Origin: Nemertoderma westbladi
Lineage: Eukaryota; Animalia; Xenacoelomorpha
DNA: 39,448 nt
Direction of reading: 5' to 3'
Assembly (NCBI GenBank): GCA_032718475.1
Contig: JAUCBJ010007181.1
Span: 1-39,448, forward strand
Below the pieces are notes generated by a model. The model saw only the letters and a program-made list of their open reading frames with translations. It did no database searches and had not been told where the DNA came from. Both the position numbers and the translations under genes were made by a program. Below are positions 31,170 through 39,448 of this stretch, piece by piece (the first letter of the stretch is position 1; each line of letters starts with the position of its first letter).

Positions 31170-33850
31170 ATGGCTCAATCCAATGAAACATTTGATTGCA
31201 GAATTTGTCAAACAAGAACATTTTCTAGTGGCTATGATCTTCTTGTGCATTACAAACATGTTCATATGGTGCTAACATCATCACAATACCTACCATGCAT
31301 TTTCAATTGTTGCTTATATACCTCTAAGAATTTAGATAATCTTAAACATCATATTACTCATATGCATTCTGGCATGAATGCCGATAATGCAAGCATAATT
31401 ATTAACTGTAACATATGTGAGTTAGGATTTGATTCATTTAAGAAGGTTCGAAGCCATGTATTTTCAACACACCCGTATAGTTGCAAAGAATGCTTCTTTC
31501 TTGATTGTCAATATTCAGCAATAAATAAGCATACTTTCAGTGCTCATATATCTAAAAGCCATCTTAGTGAATATGTAGATAGCTGTTCTAACTTAGAAAG
31601 GGTGCTGAAACCGTGTTTTCTTGTTTCGGTATCAAATAACAGCATAAGCATAGATGTACCAGTGTCGATAAGTGAAATTGAGAGAGAAGATAATGATATT
31701 GTTCAGGATGTTTTTGATGAGGGATACAGTGACTGTGATATGCTGAGAAATACTGCATTTTTTCTAATGAAACTTCATTTCGATTATGGAATTCCATACT
31801 CAAAGATAATGCCACTCATTCATGATTTGAATGAGCTGAATATCATGTCATTAGACAGGATGGTGAAGGATCATTCTATAGATGCTTCTGCTATTAATGA
31901 GATTAAAGACCACTTTCCACTCACTAAATATTGTACACCCATCAGTGGGGAACTTTCGAGCATAAAAAAGGTTAAGTCCTATGTTCAACAAAATTGCTAT
32001 AATATATATGTAAAGCCTGTTAAAGTAGCCCTTCCTGATGATGTTGGCCCGAAATCATTTTATTATTACATTCCAATTGAAAAGTCTCTGGAGGTCTTAT
32101 TAAGTAATGACATTGTGGCCCATAGTTTAGTGTTTGAGAACGAATCCAATATAAATTCCATTGAGAAATCGTCAATAAATTCCCATGAGTCTGGTCAGAT
32201 TTATAAACTTAATACGTTTTTTCAAGGTGAGTCTCACATAATTAAGATGGCACTTTATTATGATGACTATGGTCTTACAAATCCTTTGGGTACATCTCGG
32301 AAGAAAAATAAAGTCAGTGCTGTATATTGGACATTGTTAAATTTACCTTCTCATCTACAATCTGCTCAAAAGTTTATACAATTGGCAGTCTTAGCAAAAT
32401 ATGTAGACATTAAGAGACATGGGTATAGTGTCATTTTTGATGGTTTAATTAAAGATATAAAACAATTGGAGCATGGCTGCAATTTTGGCCCAGGGCATGG
32501 CGTACTCAAAGTTGGTTTATGCTATATAACCTCAGACAATCTTGGGGCCCATTCCATTGGTGGTTTTGTGGAGAGTTTTGGCCCTAATGTCAGATACCCT
32601 TGTCGATTCTGCATGATTACCAATAGTGATATACAGGACATAAATGTAACACCTGAAAAATTTATACTACGGTCAAAACTGTTGTATGATTTACAGACGA
32701 GTGAGGATGCCGATCTTCTAGAGTTGTATGGTGTTAAGAGAAATCAGCATTTAGTGGTCTTCAGTCTTTTCATATAGCTGAGGGTCTGCCTCCTGATCCA
32801 ATGCATGATCTTCTTGAAGGGATTGGCCCTCTTGAGTTAGCAATGGTATTCAAAGCGTTAACAATTTCGAATTCCTCAGTGCAATCTCTGGATAATGTAA
32901 ATGTAAAGATAAACATGTTTAATTACAAAGGGAAGGACGCCACAAATAAACCATATGCAGCACTTACAACAAAGAGCTCCGTATTTAGTGGGACAGCAGC
33001 AGAAATCAGAACACTTTTCAGAATACTTCCTGTGATTTTTGAAACTGAGATTAAATTGGATAACATGCTTCTATGGGATATCTTATTAATTCTCAAAGAT
33101 ATTATTGAAATAGTATTCTCCAATTCTATACAACAAAGTGATATAGTTGAACTGAGCACTCTAATAAGAGAACATAAACTTATATATCGAGAATGTTTTC
33201 CTGATGAAACTTTTAAACCCAAACACCATTTCCTTGACCACTACCCGAAACTTTATGAATTATTTGGACAGCTGTCTCAATATTCTGTGTTTCGGAATGA
33301 AGCAAACCATTCCTATTTTAAAAGATCAATTTCTAAAGCTCACAATTTTAAGAATTTTTTGGGCACAATGGCTGAAGAACATCAGTTGCATTTGGCATAT
33401 TATTTAGGAACCATGAGTTACATTTCGTCAGAAATGCCAGTGTTTCCTAGTGGTATTACTAGCGGTTCTTCTGTGACGGTATTTTCTCAACCTGAGTGCA
33501 ATTTCGTGGAAATTAGAGGAATTAAGTACTCAGTTTCAAACTTCCTTTATTTAAAGACTTTGAGGAAACTGTGCATGATTGTTAAGATTTACCCAGCCTC
33601 TGCAACCTCCATTGATTTTCTTTGTAAGGTATTTCGCTGGGAAGTGGATGAAGCGCTTCATCTTTCTGTTATCACCGACTTTGTCCAATATAAGACATTT
33701 CGCATTTGCGAATCTGGAATATTTACTGAAGATTTTGATTTAATGCCTTTGGTTTCTTATATTAGCGGCGTTGATTCTAATGTTGTTTATGTTCCTTTAA
33801 AGCACAGACCACTTTTCTTTCGTCACTACTTTCAATATATGTGCCACTGA
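31170..33850 (+). pseudogene. EnSpm/CACTA-type transposase with N-terminal C2H2 fingers; one frameshift at ~32741-32744
   Basis: LYYDD..NPLG..K, YWTLLNLP, SDNLGAHSIGGFVESF, CRFC, then in the shifted frame SAFSGLQSFHIAEGLPPDPMHDLLEG, KPKHHFLDHYP, FRNEANHSYFK. Adding one base gives ~893 aa. Confidence 0.9.
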
Positions 33851-34144
33851 TAAACAGAACACCTTAGAGCAAGAAATATAAAATTAAAACTGTATAATTA
33901 AATAACAATTTAGAGAATTTCTAAAATATAATTTCACTGGAAGCACAGTACCGGTATATAATTTATTTATGTATTAGATATAAATATATATATTAATATG
34001 TAAAGTTTCTATAACAGATAGTTGTAGACAGTATAACAGATAAACAGATACAGATAATACTGTAATATTATTATTATTAGTCTATATATATACTACAAAA
34101 CGACATCCGTATATATAATATAATATATATCATTGTGAGCTAGA

Positions 34145-37100
34145 ATGACATCTGCAGAGTCAGAATGGATTGCCTTTTTATCAAAGTACTCGTTTACAGA
34201 GGAAACACTTCAAAAATTTAAAGAAGGTGGAATTAATTCGACCGTTGCTCTTCAATTGACACCATTTGAGGAATTATCTTCCCTCAAATTTCAAATTGGG
34301 CAAGTAAATCTTGTAAAGAAGGCTCAAAATGATATCTCTAGTATGTTTCATGGACAAGATACTGTTTCTGGTACTGGTATTCAAGCAATTCCTGGGTCGA
34401 GTATGTCTGCAGCTCCTATTCTTCGTTGTAACACCGCAACATTCGCTAACAGTTTCGTTATGCCACAATATGGAATTGATATAGAACAAAGAATGAAATA
34501 CATTGAATCCCCCGCTAATCTAGTCACTCAGAAGAAACTGAAGGGTTTGCTTCTAACCCCACTTGTCCAGGCAATGCATGAGATTAATGCATATCCTACA
34601 CTTATGGACTTCCGACTTGTAGCTAAGGAATTGATAACGCGATTCCCACAACTTAAATCTCAAGATCCTTTGGATACAGCTGGTATCGAAGTATGGGTTA
34701 TCCGTCTCCAAAGTAAGATGAGTGACCTCCGTCGTGAATTAGCTAAGTATGGGTCTGCAGAGGTTGCGGTTAATTCAGGAAAGAGGAAAGGTGTCAACAC
34801 CAATAAAAATATTAAGAAAGCCAGACGAGGAGTAGTAAACTATTTCCCAGAGAAGTCTCTAAATGTCACTGCAGACATGGAAGAAACATCAATTATATCT
34901 ATGCAATCGGAAATGAATACTATGGAGACAGATTCTGTGGATGATGTCTGTGGGTCAACTCCGAGCCCAACTCTTATAGTTGAAATGCATACAACATTTC
35001 CTACTAGGAGGAAGGATGTAGTTTCAAACATGCCCGTGAATGACATCATCGCTAAGTGGCCTGCACTAAAGGAATTCGACATTGTTAGTACAGGCATGGC
35101 ATATGTGATATGTATTTAAATTATACATATATTTGTCTGGTTCACACTCCCTATAGTTATATTTTGTTGTGGCTAGGCTATATGATATATTATTATTGGT
35201 TGTACCGCAACTCCGTAATGGGCTTTTTTAGTTACAAGTATTAAAGAAAGTAATTTTTTAACCATTTATCTCTAGGTTTGTCAGGAATTCCGTCTCCTAA
35301 CGAATATGGATTTAGACTGGAAGTTATTAGAACCTCACACATCAAACCTCATAAAAATATTCAAATCTACTTCCCCGACATCGCGTCGTATGGCAATTGA
35401 GAAAGAGATGAAACGGGCTGAGGCATGGGGTTGTTCGAGTAGAGTTTCTATTTTGATGGGCCTTAATGAATATTTCCAAGGTTCATCAATAGAAATAAGG
35501 GATCCTGTAAGTACCAGTACTTCGATACGTTAGCTTCAGTAGTGCTAACCGATTCTACCCCTGGCACTTGCCTTTCTATTTATTCCACTTCTATTGAAAA
35601 GACTTTCTTAATTTGCATATCCTATCTCTAACAGGATATCTTAAGAGGGAATTACAAATAAATAAATATATATAGCTGGTTACGCTTTACGAAAAAATAT
35701 ATTTTTAATATTTTACTTCTGTTTAAGGTTTTGGTGGCTCTATCCTGAATCCGTACCAGTGATAATCTCCTCTCCCCTGTCAACATTTTTTATCAGAACG
35801 CTCCTAAAATTTTAACAGGCTTTGTTCAACCTATAGTGACCAATTTGGAAAACAAAAATTTCAATTTATTGCTAATACCGCTTCGCGCAGCACGTCACAA
35901 ACTCAAGAGTTCTTATATTTTTTGTAAAAAATCTAATTTTAAAATGAGCGACATTTACTCAATTTTCATTAAATATAACTGAAATTCGATATACAGACAG
36001 TCCAGCATAGGTACTTAATGATGTTAAAAAAATTTGTCATGAGAGATCGATTTTCCCTTCGTGCAGCACGTGAGAAAAAATATTGTCCCAATGTATATTT
36101 TTCATGAAGTACGCACTTCTCCTGCAGTCCTGACTGCCTGAGGTGGACTGCACACAACACATAAATCATTTCTATATTTCTGTAAAAGCATTTTGTAAAG
36201 CATTTCTGTATTTTAGTACCGGTACCGGCACCGGTACTGCTGTAGGCCTACTGTGTAGCCTACCATTTAAATACGGTACTGGTAGGCCTACCGGCTGACC
36301 GGTTGTTTTGGTTAGAAAATCCCGCCTCATCTGTAACCTGCTCCTTTGCCTGATTTGGTAAAGTGACCGTTTATTGTTTTGGTTAGAAAGGCCCGCCTCT
36401 GTAACCTGCTCCTTTCTCTCAATTGGAAATGTTATCGTTTATTGTTTTGGTTAGAAAATCCCGTCTCTGTAACCTGCTCCTTTCCCTCAATTAGTTAAAT
36501 GATCGTTTATTGTTTTGGTTAGAAAATCCCGCCTCTGTAACCTGCTCCTTTCCCTGATTTGGTAAAGTGACTGTTTATTGTTTCCGGCCTTAACCTTCTC
36601 CACAGGCATAGATAAATAGCCAGAATGGTAATTAAAAGTATTGTTTTGGTTAGAAAATCCGGCCTTAACCTTCTCCACAGGCATAGATAAATAGCCAGAA
36701 TGGTAATTAAAAGTATAAGTCTTTCTCCACAGGCATAGATAAATAGCCAGAATGGTAAATAAAAGTATAAGTCTTCCGCCACAGGCATAGATAAATAGCC
36801 AGAATGGTAATTAAAAGCATAAGTGTTTCACCACGGGCATAGGGAAAATCGACAAAAAAATTGCCCCCACTGGTACGGATTCAGGTCATTACCGTTTTGG
36901 TGGTTGGTGGAGTAGAATTAAAAAGCAGTGTGCTACAGTTCCATAACACATTCTCGTTTATAAATTAATAATTTAGCTGAATTGTCACAATAAATTTTTA
37001 TTTTAATTAGCCCATCAAACAAATTTTTTGATCTTTTTTCATCTTTTGACCTTAATCACCACTTCTAAACTTTTGAATTTTTATGTGTTATTCATTTATT

Positions 37101-37562
37101 TAGAATTGATATATTATAATTTAACAATTTTTTTTTTCGAACACCCCCCCCCCCCCCCCCCCCTCACATGTGTAACAAGTTTATATATATTTTTCCAATA
37201 TTGATCACAACAGTATTTTTATTTTGTTTATACAGGAAGACGCCGAAACTCCAGGATTTGGGGATTTGGAAAGTGACGAGTCACGCACTGGAGAGCTCGG
37301 TGCAACTGTTCGCATTGCGATAGTGGTCCATAGTGGTCCTCCGGAAGAGTTTGAATGTTGTATTCTAACTGTCGAAGGGAAAAAGATAGGAAAGGTCTTA
37401 CATGGAATTGATACAGCTGTTCTTTTTGCCGTCGGACTTATATTTTCACTCAATTTTATTTACCCCGATCCCCTATTCGATTTTATTGGTTCTTTGCTGA
37501 CGGGTACCAACCCGTATTATACCAAGAGTAGACGGCTGCGTTCTAATTTATACTCGTATTAG
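34145..37562 (+). CDS. SAMD3-like CACTA accessory protein; exons 34145-35083, 35276-35506, 37236-37562 (~498 aa)
   Basis: Phase-0 introns att|gttagt..tctag|gtt and cct|gtaagt..tacag|gaa. SAM-like N-terminus, YPT..VAKELITRFPQL, W..RL..KM, NYFPE, TFPTRR, KWPAL, EFRLLT, VEG, LNFIYP motifs. Confidence 0.82.
35736..36893. mobile_element. Merlin-like non-autonomous element in intron 2 of the accessory gene
   Basis: 8-bp TSD gttttggt (35728-35735, 36894-36901); both ends read GG-N6-CCTGAATCCGTACCAGTG; internal 68-bp x4 and ~52-bp x4-5 tandem repeats. Confidence 0.8.
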
Positions 37563-37565
37563 AAG

Positions 37566-39448
37566 ATAAGTGTCGGCTTTATATTGTACTCATATAAGCG
37601 TCGGCTTTGTACTCTATATAGGTTTTGCCTTTATACTCATAAGTGTCGGTTTTATATTGTACTCATAAGTGTCGGTTTTATATTGTACTCATAAGTGTCG
37701 GCTTTGTATTGTACTCATAAGTGTCGGTTTTATATTGTACTCATAAGTGTCGGTTTTATATTGTACTCATAAGTGTCGGTTTTATATTGTACTCATAAGT
37801 GTCGGTTTTATATTGTACTCATAAGTGTCGGCTTTGTATTGTACTCATAAGTGTCGGTTTTATATTGTACTCATAAGTGTCGGTTTTATATTGTACTCAT
37901 AAGTGTCGGTTTTATATTGTACTCATAAGTGTCGGCTTTGTATTGTACTCAAGTGTCAGCTTTGTATTGTACTCATAAGTGTCGGCTTTATATTGTACTC
38001 ATAAGTGTCGGTTTTATATTGTACTCATATAAGTGTCGGCTTTGTACTCCTAAGTGTCGGCTTTGTACTCATAAGTGTCGGCTTTGTATTGTACTCATAA
38101 GTGTCGGCTTTATATTGTACTCATAAGTGTCGGTTTTATATTGTACTCATAAGTGTCGGTTTTATATTGTACTCATAAGTGTCGGCTTTGTATTGTACTC
38201 AAGTGTCAGCTTTGTATTGTACTCATAAGTGTCGGCTTTATATTGTACTCATAAGTGTCGGTTTTATATTGTACTCATATAAGTGTCGGCTTTGTACTCA
38301 TAAGTGTCGGCTTTGTACTCATAAGTGTCGGCTTTGTATTGTACTCATAAGTGTCGGCTTTATATTGTACTCATAAGTGTCGGTTTTATATTGTACTCAT
38401 AAGTGTCGGTTTTATATTGTACTCATAGTGTCGGTTTTATATTGTACTCATAAGTGTCGGCTTTGTATTCATAAGTGTCGGCTTTATATTGTACTCATAT
38501 AAGTGTCGGCTTTGTACTCATAAGTGTCGGCTTTGTACTCATAAGTGTCGGCTTTGTACTCATATAAGTGTCGGCTTTGTACTCTATATAAGTTTTGCCT
38601 TTGTACTCATAAGTGTCGGCTTTGTATTGTACTCATAAGTGTCGGCTTTGTGCTCATATAAGTGTCTGCTTTGTGCTCATATAAGTGTCGGCTTTGTGCT
38701 CATATAAGTGTCGGCTTTGTGCTCATATAAGTGTCGGCTTTGTGCTCATATAAGTGTCGGCTTTGTATTCATAAGTGTCGGCTTTATATTGTACTCATAT
38801 AAGTGTCGGCTTTGTACTCATAAGTGTCGGCTTTGTACTCATATAAGTGTCGGCTTTATACTCATAAGTGTCGGCTTTGTATTGTACTCATATAAGCGTC
38901 GGCTTTGTACTCTATATAGGTTTTGCCTTTATACTCATAAGTGTCGGTTTTATATTGTACTCATAAGTGTCGGTTTTATATTGTACTCATAAGTGTCGGC
39001 TTTGTATTGTACTCATAAGTGTCGGTTTTATATTGTACTCATAAGTGTCGGTTTTGTACTCTATATAGGTTTTGCCTTTATACTCATAAGTGTCGGTTTT
39101 ATATTGTACTCATAAGTGTCGGTTTTATATTGTACTCATAAGTGTCGGCTTTATATTGTACTCATAAGTGTCGGTTTTATATTGTACTCATAAGTGTCGG
39201 TTTTATATTGTACTCATAAGTGTCGGTTTTATATTGTACTCATAGTGTCGGTTTTATATTGTACTCATAGTGTCGGTTTTATATTGTACTCATAAGCGTC
39301 GGCTTTGTACTCTATATAGGTTTTGCCTTTATACTCATAAGTGTCGGTTTTATATTGTACTCATAAGTGTCGGTTTTATATTGTACTCATAAGTGTCGGC
39401 TTTATATTGTACTCATAAGTGTCGGTTTTATATTGTACTCATAAGTGT
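37566..39448. repeat. 26-bp satellite (ataagtgtcggttttatattgtactc) with 21/23-bp variants and higher-order blocks
   Basis: Read directly; the block at ~37929-38178 recurs at 38179 (250-bp period); runs to the window end. Confidence 0.97.

Larger units (their letters stand above)
28539..39448 (+). mobile_element. Animal EnSpm/CACTA (CMC) DNA transposon; right end not seen in the window
   Basis: TA|CACTGTAAA terminus, subterminal inverted ttatggt/accataa repeats (28576-28706), then transposase and SAMD3-like accessory gene in tandem. No matching TTTACAGTG downstream, so the end coordinate is nominal. Confidence 0.75.

Noticed and set aside
37929-38992. Cys-rich ORFs in the terminal array
   Set aside because: Satellite translations.
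1-39448. tRNA, rRNA or hammerhead ribozyme
   Set aside because: No convincing cloverleaf, rRNA or CUGAUGA/GAAA core with stems seen by eye; an Infernal/tRNAscan run would be needed to exclude them.

Overview
AT-rich eukaryotic (most likely invertebrate animal) genomic DNA, not prokaryotic: it has GT-AG introns, LINEs, MITEs and satellites. Host genes are the last two exons of a GPI-anchored Ly6/uPAR (three-finger) gene (missed as a unit by the ORF track), intronless ARH1-type ADP-ribosylarginine hydrolase and DDX51-like helicase genes (both minus strand), an intronless N-myristoylated TIR + Cbl-type EF-hand-like + HEAT protein (plus), and an 11-finger C2H2 zinc-finger gene (minus). Mobile DNA fills most of the rest. 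A near-complete CR1/L2-group LINE has ORF2 in frame after ORF1 across a TGA-CTA readthrough context, and it splits one arm of a ~1.3 kb nested palindrome. A decayed RTE-clade LINE sits inside an 18-bp minisatellite. A large animal EnSpm/CACTA element starts at CACTGTAAA (28539) and encodes a frameshifted transposase and a 3-exon SAMD3-like accessory gene; it carries nested Mutator-like and Merlin-like elements. There are also several MITEs, a 47-bp palindrome-containing array and a 26-bp satellite running off the end. The best novelty candidates are the membrane-targeted TIR-EF-HEAT putative NADase (with ARH1 nearby), the LINE readthrough junction and the nested foldback. All family assignments come from motif recognition by eye; no searches were run.
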